Positions 27,258 through 35,669 of a stretch of DNA of 64,000 bases are shown here, one piece after another; positions within the stretch are counted from its first letter, which is position 1; every line of letters begins with the position of its first letter. This DNA is from Xenococcaceae cyanobacterium (GTDB taxonomy: Bacteria; Cyanobacteriota; Cyanobacteriia; Cyanobacteriales; JBFRWF01), in the NCBI GenBank assembly GCA_051439465.1, contig JBFRWF010000273.1:46666-110665 (forward strand). Reading direction: 5' to 3'. The translations under genes were made by a program, and so were the position numbers. The notes under the pieces are model-generated. The model was not told the DNA's origin, made no database searches, and worked only from the letters and a program-made list of their open reading frames with translations.

Positions 27258-28633
27258 GGCTTCTGGGAGATAGCGACAGTAACGGAATAGCCCAAAGTCC
27301 GTGCCATCATCCGTCCGACTAATTTGCTATTGGCTTTAAACTTAGCAGCGTACTTGGGTTCGACACTCAGCACGGCTTGTTCTTGGTCGAGTGCTGTCAA
27401 TTTGGCACGAGAGAGCAAACCTCGGTTAGTCGGTTTTGCCGCTTCTACCACCGAGGTCCAAATGGCATTCAAATCTTTGCTAGTTTCAGGGGTTGAACCA
27501 TTGAGTGCCGGGTTACGACCGTTGCCCTGCTGTGGTTTGGGGATAACAGAAGTTTCGCTCATCAGGTTCAGCAAACACACTTCCATCCAAACAGCAGCAT
27601 TGATGGTTGTCCTCAATTGGGATTCTGACTTTTGCAGTTGGCTAAAGGCAGCATCAATGGTTTCAAACTCCATGCCGCTGGCAAGTTTACGCAAATGTTG
27701 GTAACTCACACCACCCCTTATCAGATTTTGGCTTTTGGGTGCCGACTTGACGATGAGTAAATCTCGATAAACCTGGAGGAGACTGCTGAGGATGAGTTTA
27801 GGAGTTTTGCCACTGTCTACCAGTCCCCGTGCTGATTGCAGCATTCCCAATACATCTTTGGCGCTAATCGCCTTGAAGATGTTAACCAGGTCAGATTCCG
27901 GTACAGCACCAGAGACCTCAATGACGTGCGCTGGTGTAATCTCTTCATTGAGCAGGGACAACTGAGACAGTAATTGCAGGGCATCCCGCAAACCCCCGTC
28001 AACAGTGCGGGCAATGGCGAAGAGGGCTTCATCGGTAATCGCAATGGACTCTTGTTCTGCCACCAACTGTAATTGGTTGACAATAGCATCGAGAGAAAGG
28101 GCTTTGAAGTTGAAGGTTTGACAGCGTGAGATAATCGTGGGCAGGACTTTGTGGAGTTCTGTGGTACAGAGAATGAAGACCACATGAGCCGGAGGTTCCT
28201 CGATAGCTTTGAGGAGGCAGTTCTGACTCGCCTTGGTCAATTGGTGACATTCGTCTACAATAAAGACTCGGTAGCGACTTTGGGTTGGGGCAAAGTTGCT
28301 GTGTTCAATCAGTTCGCGGGCATCGTCTACGCCATTGTGAGAGGCTGCGTCAATCTCGCTCACGTCCAAATTAGTGCTTTTCTCGATAGTTTTGCAGGAT
28401 TGACACTTGCCGCAGGGAGAGGCGGTGGGATGTTTGGACTCTAAGCAATTGAGGGATTTGGCGAGAATGCGGGCAGTGGAGGTTTTCCCCGTGCCTCTGG
28501 GTCCGGTAAAGAGGTATGCTGGAGCAATCTGCCCTTGAGTCACGGCATTGGTTAGGGCAGTTTGGATATAGTCTTGACCGACCAGTTCAGCGAAGGTTCG
28601 GGGTCGATATTTGAGATGTAAGGCTTGGTGCAT
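27254..28633 (-). CDS. dnaX: DNA polymerase III gamma/tau subunit (clamp loader ATPase)
   Basis: From ATG 28633: MHQALHLKYRPRTFAELVGQDYI, Walker A GPRGTGKTS, zinc module CGKCQSC, Walker B FIVDECHQL, SRC motif IISRCQ. Confidence 0.9.
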   Translation of the reverse strand: MHQALHLKYRPRTFAELVGQDYIQTALTNAVTQGQIAPAYLFTGPRGTGKTSTARILAKSLNCLESKHPTASPCGKCQSCKTIEKSTNLDVSEIDAASHNGVDDARELIEHSNFAPTQSRYRVFIVDECHQLTKASQNCLLKAIEEPPAHVVFILCTTELHKVLPTIISRCQTFNFKALSLDAIVNQLQLVAEQESIAITDEALFAIARTVDGGLRDALQLLSQLSLLNEEITPAHVIEVSGAVPESDLVNIFKAISAKDVLGMLQSARGLVDSGKTPKLILSSLLQVYRDLLIVKSAPKSQNLIRGGVSYQHLRKLASGMEFETIDAAFSQLQKSESQLRTTINAAVWMEVCLLNLMSETSVIPKPQQGNGRNPALNGSTPETSKDLNAIWTSVVEAAKPTNRGLLSRAKLTALDQEQAVLSVEPKYAAKFKANSKLVGRMMARTLGYSVTVAISQKP

Positions 28634-28734
28634 AATTGTTCGTGCTTTGTTCTCCCCTCCTCTCCCGTTAGGGAGAAACAGGAGATTTGCGCCTTGCCCT
28701 CTCCGATGGAGATAATCTAGCTCTCCCTCCCAAG

Positions 28735-28762
28735 CCAAAATCCAAAATCTACAATCTAAAAT
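28735..28762. repeat. Heptameric STRR-like tandem repeat (CCAAAAT CCAAAAT CTACAAT CTAAAAT)
   Basis: Read directly. It lies in the divergent region between dnaX and the Rpn-like gene. Confidence 0.7.
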
Positions 28763-28765
28763 TCC

Positions 28766-29710
28766 ATGGCCAATCAACGCGATGATTACGACAATCCTTG
28801 GAAAGTCGCGCTCGCTATCTATTTCAAATCCTCGATCGCCTTCTTTTTCCCGGATATTTATGAAGGAATTGACTGGACAAAACCCCACGAGTTTCTCGAT
28901 ACCGAACTCCAACAGGTGATGCGCTCTGATGAGATTGGGCAGCGAGAAGCGGATAAGTTAGTCAAGGTTTGGCTGCTAAATGGAGAGGAAACTTGGGTGT
29001 TAATTCATCTAGAAGTACAGAGCCAATACCAGTCCAATTTTGCGGAGCGTATGTATGTTTATAATAGCCGCATTTTTGGCATTTACCGGAAGAAGGTCGT
29101 CAGTTTAGCAATTTTAGCCGATTCCGAAAAGTCTTGGCGACCAACCGAGTATAGATATGAAATCTGGGGTTGTCGGGTCTTATTGCAGTTTCCAATGGTG
29201 AAATTGCTAGATTATCAAGATAAGTGGTCCGAACTGGAGAAAAGTACCAATCCCTTTGCGGCGATTGTCATGGCGCACTTGAAAACTCAGGCAACGCGCA
29301 AAGCCCCCGAACAGCGTTTAGAGTGGAAGGTGAGTATTGTCAAGAGTTTGTATCAAAAGGGATACAATCGAGGAGAAATTCGGGAGTTATTCCGAGTTAT
29401 TGACTGGATGATGACACTTCCTAGAAGTTGGTCGCGGGGATTTCGAGAAGAAATCAGGCGTTATGAGGAGGAAAATCAAATGCGTTATGTCACCAGTATT
29501 GAGAGTTTAGCTCGTGAAGATGATATCATCGACATCCTAGAAACTCGGTTTGAAGACGTACCTAGTGAGTTAGTGGAGATGCTCGATCGGATCAATGATG
29601 CCTCCCAATTGAAAATGCTTTTGAAGCGGGCGGTTACTATTGGCTCTTTGTCGGAGTTTCGGGAGTTAATTGAGCCGTTGAGTTCCGAATCGGGAGAGGA
29701 TGGTGTTTGA
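28766..29710 (+). CDS. Rpn-family recombination-promoting nuclease / putative transposase (PD-(D/E)XK, cyanobacterial type with DUF4351-like C-terminus)
   Basis: N-terminus MANQRDDYDNPWKVALAIYFKSSIAFFFPDIYEGIDW...LIHLEVQS is typical of this family. Confidence 0.8.
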   Translation: MANQRDDYDNPWKVALAIYFKSSIAFFFPDIYEGIDWTKPHEFLDTELQQVMRSDEIGQREADKLVKVWLLNGEETWVLIHLEVQSQYQSNFAERMYVYNSRIFGIYRKKVVSLAILADSEKSWRPTEYRYEIWGCRVLLQFPMVKLLDYQDKWSELEKSTNPFAAIVMAHLKTQATRKAPEQRLEWKVSIVKSLYQKGYNRGEIRELFRVIDWMMTLPRSWSRGFREEIRRYEEENQMRYVTSIESLAREDDIIDILETRFEDVPSELVEMLDRINDASQLKMLLKRAVTIGSLSEFRELIEPLSSESGEDGV

Positions 29711-29811
29711 ATTGGGTTTATGGAACGATCGCTTTTCATTGTCTATCAAAACTAAAAGTTAGCTCGTTACGCTCTGGCTCATGAATATAGAAGATTCCTT
29801 CAAGCCATTCC

Positions 29812-29866
29812 CCCACCCCACACCCATGGTTAGTTGTTTGTAGGCAAAGGTATGGGTTGGGGTGGG
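29812..29866. repeat. Long imperfect inverted repeat between the convergent Rpn-like and dnaN genes (possible bidirectional terminator)
   Basis: CCCACCCCACACCCAT (29812-29827) pairs with ATGGGTTGGGGTGGG (29852-29866), giving 15 bp with one bulge and a 24-nt loop. No U-tract follows. Confidence 0.35.
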
Positions 29867-29931
29867 TAGCTTTCCAATCCCTTCTTCACTACTGATCTGC
29901 GTCGCCATCAAGTCTATCGGGTCCGGCTGGG

Positions 29932-31275
29932 TTACTGAAGCGGTGCGAGGATATACTCAGCCTCAATCGGTGCTTCACCTTGGGCGGGCGTTCCGTAAGG
30001 GGTAATCAGAGTCGGCGTATGAGCAGAGGCGATTTGGACTCGGATATCGGAACTCGAAATGGCTCTAACCACATCGATAAAGTAACGCACATCGAATTTG
30101 AGGGTTAAGTCGTCACCGTTAATTTGAGCATCGAGGCTGACTTTGCCATTGCCAACCTCTTTATGCTCGATGGCTAGATGTATCTTTTGGTTAGTGCCAT
30201 CCAGTTCCACAGAAATAGCTTTCACTGATTTATCGCTCAGTACCGCCAATCGCTCTAATGCTTTGAGCAGTGTTAATCTCTCGGTAATCAGTTGTCGGCA
30301 ATATTGGTCAAACCAAGGCTGGATGAGGGCGGCACAATCGGGGTACTGTCCTTCAATCGTGCGCGTCACTAGGCACTTTTCATTCCACTCGAAGACAACT
30401 GTGCCACTGTTGTCGTCGCCTTTGTAGTAAAGGGTCACTTGGTCAGTGGGATTCAGATTCCTTTCTAGTTCCCGCAACACCTTGACGGGAACTGTAAACT
30501 GAGTGGCTTCTGCCAAGGATTGCTGTTTGCTCGTTTCTGAACTTGCCATCAACACCATGCGGTGACCATCCGTCGTCCAGGTTTTCAAGGTATCAAGTCC
30601 CCGTTCGACATCAGGTTCGAGCATGAAGTGAGAACTATTCAGGATGCGTTTGGTGTCATCGTTACTGGTAGCAAAGAGTGAACCTTTGAGTTGGGCGATG
30701 AGGAGAGAAGCAGGCAGGGTAATGAGTTTGCTTTTGACTGTCGGCAGTGAGGGAAACTCGTTAGCCACCATCCCCATGATTTCAAAGCGCTCTGTGTCGG
30801 CGGTAAAGAGGGCTGCGGTGAGGGCAGGTTCTCCGCCGTCGTCCTTCTCGTTAATTTGGCACTCAATAGTGAGTTGGCCGCGAGGGAACTTTCTGACCAT
30901 TTGTTGTAAGATAGCGGCGGGCAAGGTCATGCGTCCGCTTTGGGTTACGGTGCCCTCAAAGCTGGCTTGCATCCCAAATTCAAGATTGTAGGTGGAGAGG
31001 TGCAGTAGTTGTTGAGTTTCATCCGCGACTACCAGGACATTGTTGAGGATGGCATGGGTGGGATTGTGGGGAACTGCTTTGCTGATAAAGTCGAGATAAT
31101 CGTTGAGGGTAGTCTGGTCGCAAGTGACTTTGAGTTCTGGTCTGGATTGAGATTCTGGTTTTTGGGAAACCGTTTTTTGGGTTGCCTTAGACGTGCGCTT
31201 TGTGGTTGATTTGGTTGTCTTTTTCGAGGTTGTTTTGCGTTTGGTGGTTGTGGATGAGCTGATAGTTTTTGGCAT
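29932..31275 (-). CDS. dnaN: DNA polymerase III beta sliding clamp with a ~47-aa Lys/Thr/Ser-rich N-terminal extension
   Basis: After the extension: ELKVTCDQTTLNDYLDFISKAVPHNPTHAILNNVLVVADETQQLLHLSTYNLEFG..., the canonical DnaN N-terminus. There is no internal Met near the canonical start. Confidence 0.9.
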   Translation of the reverse strand: MPKTISSSTTTKRKTTSKKTTKSTTKRTSKATQKTVSQKPESQSRPELKVTCDQTTLNDYLDFISKAVPHNPTHAILNNVLVVADETQQLLHLSTYNLEFGMQASFEGTVTQSGRMTLPAAILQQMVRKFPRGQLTIECQINEKDDGGEPALTAALFTADTERFEIMGMVANEFPSLPTVKSKLITLPASLLIAQLKGSLFATSNDDTKRILNSSHFMLEPDVERGLDTLKTWTTDGHRMVLMASSETSKQQSLAEATQFTVPVKVLRELERNLNPTDQVTLYYKGDDNSGTVVFEWNEKCLVTRTIEGQYPDCAALIQPWFDQYCRQLITERLTLLKALERLAVLSDKSVKAISVELDGTNQKIHLAIEHKEVGNGKVSLDAQINGDDLTLKFDVRYFIDVVRAISSSDIRVQIASAHTPTLITPYGTPAQGEAPIEAEYILAPLQ

Positions 31276-31396
31276 TTGTCGTTTGACTTAATCAATCGCT
31301 ACGTTTGCGTGGGATGGGCGTTAGCCCAATTGCAGCCAGACATTATTAGAAACCTATCAGCGATCGCAGAGAGTTTTAAAACACGCCCTAGTCCAG

Positions 31397-31738
31397 TTAC
31401 ACTACAGCATACCCAGTGTATTGTCTAACCTCAGGTGAACGAAAACCCAAAACAATGTTGTCTTTAGGAATCCCCGCCTTTTCTAATTCCCCTGCAATGC
31501 CATCTTCTGTCCCATCCCGTTGAATCCACGCCTTGCCGTCAATCAGGTCAATGTGGACAATACAGCCGTGAACTCTCCGGTCGTCATCCCAACCAACATT
31601 GACCAGTAAATAGCGGTCATTTACCCGATCAAAAACAACTTCTGTCTCAATCTCGCCGTAGGCATAAGGAACTTGAGCATACTCAGTAAGGGTATTTTCA
31701 ATAATCTGCCGATAGGTATCAAGCTTCAAGGTATCCAT
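31397..31738 (-). CDS. xisI: XisI (fdxN-element excision controlling factor family)
   Basis: MDTLKLDTYRQIIENTLTEYAQVPYAYGEIETEVVFDRVNDRYLLVNVGWDDDRRVHGCIVHIDLIDGKAWIQRDGTE matches XisI along its length. Confidence 0.9.
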   Translation of the reverse strand: MDTLKLDTYRQIIENTLTEYAQVPYAYGEIETEVVFDRVNDRYLLVNVGWDDDRRVHGCIVHIDLIDGKAWIQRDGTEDGIAGELEKAGIPKDNIVLGFRSPEVRQYTGYAVV

Positions 31739-32160
31739 TTGACGATTACCTCCTTGCGCGGGTCAAACGCTATCAAATTAAGACGATCATTTTTCAAGAG
31801 TAGTTTTCCAATTGGTTCTTCAAACAAATCATTGTAAATACTCTTAGGAACAGCCAGATATAAAATCCGCTCTGGTTCTCGTTCAGCTAAAACATCGTGA
31901 TACAAAATATACTGACCCAAGGCTTTCTCCAGGTCATCGATATCCGATTTGCCAACAAAACTTTTGACTTCAACAGCTATCTTGCGTTCTTCTCTTTCAG
32001 CAGCAACAAGTTGCATTGCGCCCAAGTCAACATAGAGATCCTTCGCGCCCCACTCAAGTTTCAAAGGGTCATGGGTGATTGTCCATCCATCTTTAATCAG
32101 GGCATTCTTGACGCTGTTGTGATAAATATCTCTGGCTGGCACATCAGCTATTACAAACAT
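31726..32160 (-). CDS. xisH: XisH (endonuclease-fold, fdxN-element excision controlling factor family)
   Basis: PARDIYHNSVKNALIKDGWTITHDPLKLEWGAKDLYVDLGA...AAEREERKIAVEVKSF matches XisH. It overlaps xisI by 13 nt. Confidence 0.9.
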   Translation of the reverse strand: MFVIADVPARDIYHNSVKNALIKDGWTITHDPLKLEWGAKDLYVDLGAMQLVAAEREERKIAVEVKSFVGKSDIDDLEKALGQYILYHDVLAEREPERILYLAVPKSIYNDLFEEPIGKLLLKNDRLNLIAFDPRKEVIVKWIP

Positions 32161-32228
32161 CTACGCCCCTTAATTATACAATCGCAGGACAAAGAACGGG
32201 AGCAACGCGAAAAAGTGGGATCGTGGTG

Positions 32229-32348
32229 AAGAGAGCAGGGGAGGCTCTTGAGACAGGGGAAGCAGGGGAAGATTTTTGAGCAAGACATTGGTAAAGAGTT
32301 GCTTCTCTTCTAAACTGCTCCCCCTGCTCCCCCTGCTCTCCCTGCTTT
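32229..32348. repeat. Two inverted arrays of a 9-bp unit (GGGGA[A/G]GCAG / CTGCTCCCC) upstream of xisH
   Basis: The C-rich arm reads CTGCTCCCC CTGCTCCCC CTGCTCTCC CTGCTTT (32315-32348). The G-rich arm at 32229-32272 holds complementary units. This explains the spurious GEQGEQGEQ ORF. Confidence 0.6.
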
Positions 32349-32464
32349 AGCTCATCCCACAAAATCGCGTTGCTCCCCCCTCGACTCACTCGCTCTCATC
32401 CCCTCCCTAAAACACCGTGTTCTCAACAAACACTCGTTTTAAAGAAAGGGGTCTTCCCGCGAAT

Positions 32465-33853
32465 TCAGATAAACAAAACCCGTTTCCGAAAACGACTTGC
32501 CCCCACATACCAAAGTCGATTGTGTTCTTTGAGCTTCTGGAAGTAACTTTCATCATCCCCAACAAACAATCGAGTCAACAAATCATTCCCATCCACTGCC
32601 CCTTCATCAAAAGTACTGCCCTGTGAATTATGAATGGTGAGGGCAAAACAGTTCCACACCTCAGCAAAGACATCATCTTTGAACCAGTAGTATTTACGCC
32701 ACAAAAAAGCATTGCGTTTGGCACTTTGGAGCTTCCGTTCTAATTCCACCTCATATCGCTTTTGTTCCGAGGAATGCAGCACAAAGATTTGCCTGACTAA
32801 TCCCTCATCAGTGACCACTTTAAGTTGCCAGACTTGGTAGCCATAGTGTCGATTTAGTGCCACTTCCAGAACTGTTACTTCCGTCGAAGTTGGCAAAATC
32901 ACCGTCTTCCCATCCGGGGCAACGACAGGCTTTTTGGTAATCAGCCGTTCACTGGGGATAAAGCGAGGTGCATCTTTGCCGTAAACCAGTTGTCGAATCA
33001 CCTGGTTGTAATACTCCACTCGTTTGTTAGTCCAGCAGAGAATGCGGAAGCAATCAGGATTACTGGCAAACTGCTGTTTAATTTTCTTGGCCGCGTACTT
33101 GAGTAGGGTTGCCTCTTTGACCTTGAATGCCCCGTTAGACTTATCATTGGCTTGGTACTTAGAGCGAGGTTGAAAGAATTGGTTCTTGCTCTTAACCAAT
33201 TGACGTGCCTGGGTAACAAAGTTTAGCACCGGGCTTTCTCCCGTTTGTCTGACAACTTGGGTTAGGACGGCACGGTTTTTGACCTTAAAAGAAGGCGAAC
33301 GACCCTCTCCCACCGGATTAAGTTGTGCCGGGTCCCCCATGAGGATCAGCTTGCGTTGGCTCAATAGTGACCCCTCGAAACAGCGTTCAATCCATGCCCA
33401 GAGTTCAACCCCCACCATTGAGCATTCGTCTAGGAAGATAACGTCATACAGATGGATGCTGGTAGAACTGGTTTGTTTTAGGACTTTTTCTTGTCCTCTG
33501 GTGACCATCCCTAATCCTAAGAGTTGGTGAATGGTCATGCTCTGAACTGTATCAATGCCATTTTCGGCTGCCATTTTCTTCAAGATGCCGACAGCTTTAT
33601 TCGTAGGAGCAGTCAAAACAACTCGTTTGCCCTCAGCAATCAGTTCTTTAACAATCTGAAAGACTATGGTTGATTTGCCAGTTCCGGCATAGCCACAGAG
33701 TAGAAAGAAGGTTAAGGGCGAGAGCAGGAATGCCCTTAACTTATCAAGCGCTTTTTGTTGCTGAGGCTTGAGGGTGAAAGGCAGACCATCGATAACTTGA
33801 TTTACTGTTTTTTCGTTTCGGTCGAGGAAAGTTGTAATCATGGTTTTTGTCAA
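32465..33853 (-). CDS. SF1B DNA helicase (RecD/Dda/Pif1-like)
   Basis: Walker A CGYAGTGKST, TAPTNKA, Walker B IFLDECSMV, GDPAQLNPV, and C-terminal ALTIHNSQGSTFD ... YVGASR. Confidence 0.85.
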   Translation of the reverse strand: MTKTMITTFLDRNEKTVNQVIDGLPFTLKPQQQKALDKLRAFLLSPLTFFLLCGYAGTGKSTIVFQIVKELIAEGKRVVLTAPTNKAVGILKKMAAENGIDTVQSMTIHQLLGLGMVTRGQEKVLKQTSSTSIHLYDVIFLDECSMVGVELWAWIERCFEGSLLSQRKLILMGDPAQLNPVGEGRSPSFKVKNRAVLTQVVRQTGESPVLNFVTQARQLVKSKNQFFQPRSKYQANDKSNGAFKVKEATLLKYAAKKIKQQFASNPDCFRILCWTNKRVEYYNQVIRQLVYGKDAPRFIPSERLITKKPVVAPDGKTVILPTSTEVTVLEVALNRHYGYQVWQLKVVTDEGLVRQIFVLHSSEQKRYEVELERKLQSAKRNAFLWRKYYWFKDDVFAEVWNCFALTIHNSQGSTFDEGAVDGNDLLTRLFVGDDESYFQKLKEHNRLWYVGASRFRKRVLFI

Positions 33854-33899
33854 CCCATCAACCTATCCTTGAGCGATAGCGTTTTGACTTTGACATCTC

Positions 33900-33937
33900 C
33901 CCCGCTTGAAAGACGGGGGATTCTAAACGGATACTAC
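33900..33937 (-). repeat. Orphan IS200/IS605 right end / omega-RNA 3' terminus (no adjacent tnpB)
   Basis: The minus strand reads TTAGAATCCCCCGTCTTTCAAGCGGGGGAGATGTCAA. This has the same architecture as the bona fide right end at 21929-21973 (TTAGAAT..GAATC-hairpin-GAGAATGTCAAG). There is a perfect 7-bp stem (TCCCCCG / CGGGGGA). Confidence 0.55.
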
Positions 33938-34035
33938 GAGAGTGACTAGGCTTTGCCTCTGTCTTTTACAGCGCTGCCAGGAAACTTCCCAAGCCTCTTC
34001 TAAGTCTGATTCTGAAGACCAGAGCGTTCGCGTCC

Positions 34036-34713
34036 ATGGAACAAGAAACCGACTCACCCACAAAGGCTACCCTTGACTTGCCGAGGCTACGGATTTTGAT
34101 TGTCGAAGATGACCCTGTGATGCAGTTGGGTTTAGGGCAAGTCCTGGCGGCGTATCCCCAGTTCGAGATTGTTGACCAAGTCAAAGATGGCTCTGACGGG
34201 GTTCAAGCTACCCTCAGACTCAAACCCGATTTGGTCATCATGGATATTGGCTTGCCCAGTCTGGATGGCATTGCTGCTGCCCAACAGATTAAAGCGGCAT
34301 TGCCAGAAGTGCGGGTGGTGATGCTGACTTCTCATACCCAGCAGACTGAAGTGATTGCGGCTCTCTCCACTGGTGCTGAGGCTTATTGTATTAAGGGAGT
34401 CAGTGTGAAGCGGTTGCTGGCAGCGATAACGGCAGCTGCCGAGGGCGCTATCTATCTCGATCCGCAAATTGCACAACTGGTCGTCGATAAACTCAAACCC
34501 CTTACTCCCAAAGCGAATATCGGCGACCTCTCCGAGCGAGAGATGGAAGTGTTAAAACTGATTGTCTCTGGCAAAAGTAATGCCGAAATTGCTGCCGAAC
34601 TTTATCTGAGCCCCAACACAATCAAAACTCATATTCGCGGCATCATGAATAAACTGCTTGTTGATGACCGGGTGCAGGTGGCAGTGGTGGCACTCCGTTC
34701 TGGATTGATTTGA
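34036..34713 (+). CDS. NarL/LuxR-family response regulator (paralog of 17197..17868)
   Basis: ILIVEDDPVMQLGLGQ...MDIGLPSLDG and LuxR HTH SEREMEVLKLIVSGKSNAEIAAELYLSPNTIKTHIRGIM. Confidence 0.9.
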   Translation: MEQETDSPTKATLDLPRLRILIVEDDPVMQLGLGQVLAAYPQFEIVDQVKDGSDGVQATLRLKPDLVIMDIGLPSLDGIAAAQQIKAALPEVRVVMLTSHTQQTEVIAALSTGAEAYCIKGVSVKRLLAAITAAAEGAIYLDPQIAQLVVDKLKPLTPKANIGDLSEREMEVLKLIVSGKSNAEIAAELYLSPNTIKTHIRGIMNKLLVDDRVQVAVVALRSGLI

Positions 34714-34730
34714 CTGTTGGCAATCTAGTT

Positions 34731-35669
34731 CTAGCTCTCTTCTAGTAGCGCTTCCATTTCAGCCAGTAGCTTCTCTAACTTTTCCTGCTTTTTGGCATCA
34801 TTCCACACATTACCTTTACTCAAGCGACGGTAAGCAGAGTCCAGGCGGCTTTTGAGCGTCGGGGTCGGGTTTGGTGTTGCCTGTAGGGATTTAATCCGTT
34901 CCCTAATTTGTTTGAGAGAGAGGCTTTGCTCAATTGTCTCTGCCAGGAGTAACCTGCGGTCTTCTTCCTTCTTCAAGCGAGCGATCGCCTTAGCTTTGGT
35001 GTACTCGATTTGACCGCGACCCAAAGCTTCTAAAATCTCTCCCGGCAGCTTGAGCAGCGGCAAGCGATTGCGGGTAAAGGACATCCAGCTCATTGTTCCT
35101 AAACCAGCAAATATCGACTGAACCCGTTGTTCGGATTCAGAATCGGGGTTAGGGATAGCGTTATCCCTCAAGTCGATTCCCTGTCTTTCCCCAGCATTCT
35201 TCATCCGGTAGAGCAGGGATGGAATCTCGTTGCTCCTGAGATTGAGATTGAGGGCGAGTAGTTGCAAGATGCCCTCAGTTTCCTCAACGGGATTGAGGTT
35301 TTCTCGCTGTAAATTTTCGATGAGGCTAATCGCATAAGCCTCCTCCTCACTCAGTTCTTTGACCACCGCCGGGATTTCAGTTAGTCCGACGGCTTGCGCT
35401 GCTCGATAGCGCCTCTCTCCAGCAACTAGCTCATACTTGTTGTTAGGGAAGGGTCGCACCAAGAGCGGCTCTAAGATACCGTGCTGCTTAACAGACTGCA
35501 CCAATTGTTCTGATTTTTCAGAGTCAAAGAAACGTCGGGCCTGAGAGCGCGTCACAATATCCTCTATGGGAATAAACTCAGCTGCACTAGATGAATCTCC
35601 AAAGAGATTGTCCAGAGGATTAACAGGCGTGATATCAGCCCCGTAAGGTCGCTCTCGTTTCTTCGCCAT
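34731..35669 (-). CDS. parB: ParB partition protein
   Basis: ParB box HGILEPLLVRP...YELVAGERRYRAA and ENLQRENLNPVEE. The start overlaps the parA stop (TAATG). Confidence 0.9.
   Translation of the reverse strand: MAKKRERPYGADITPVNPLDNLFGDSSSAAEFIPIEDIVTRSQARRFFDSEKSEQLVQSVKQHGILEPLLVRPFPNNKYELVAGERRYRAAQAVGLTEIPAVVKELSEEEAYAISLIENLQRENLNPVEETEGILQLLALNLNLRSNEIPSLLYRMKNAGERQGIDLRDNAIPNPDSESEQRVQSIFAGLGTMSWMSFTRNRLPLLKLPGEILEALGRGQIEYTKAKAIARLKKEEDRRLLLAETIEQSLSLKQIRERIKSLQATPNPTPTLKSRLDSAYRRLSKGNVWNDAKKQEKLEKLLAEMEALLEES

Noticed and set aside
28634-28912. N-terminal 93-codon extension of the dnaX ORF in the track (552 aa from 28912)
   Set aside because: The extension has no DnaX-like sequence and overlaps the divergent Rpn-like gene start and its promoter region. 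The canonical MHQALHLKYRPRTF start is at ATG 28633.
32174-32389. 71-aa ORF with collagen-like GEQGEQGEQ
   Set aside because: It is a direct by-product of the 9-bp CTGCTCCCC tandem repeat in an intergenic region, with no start context.
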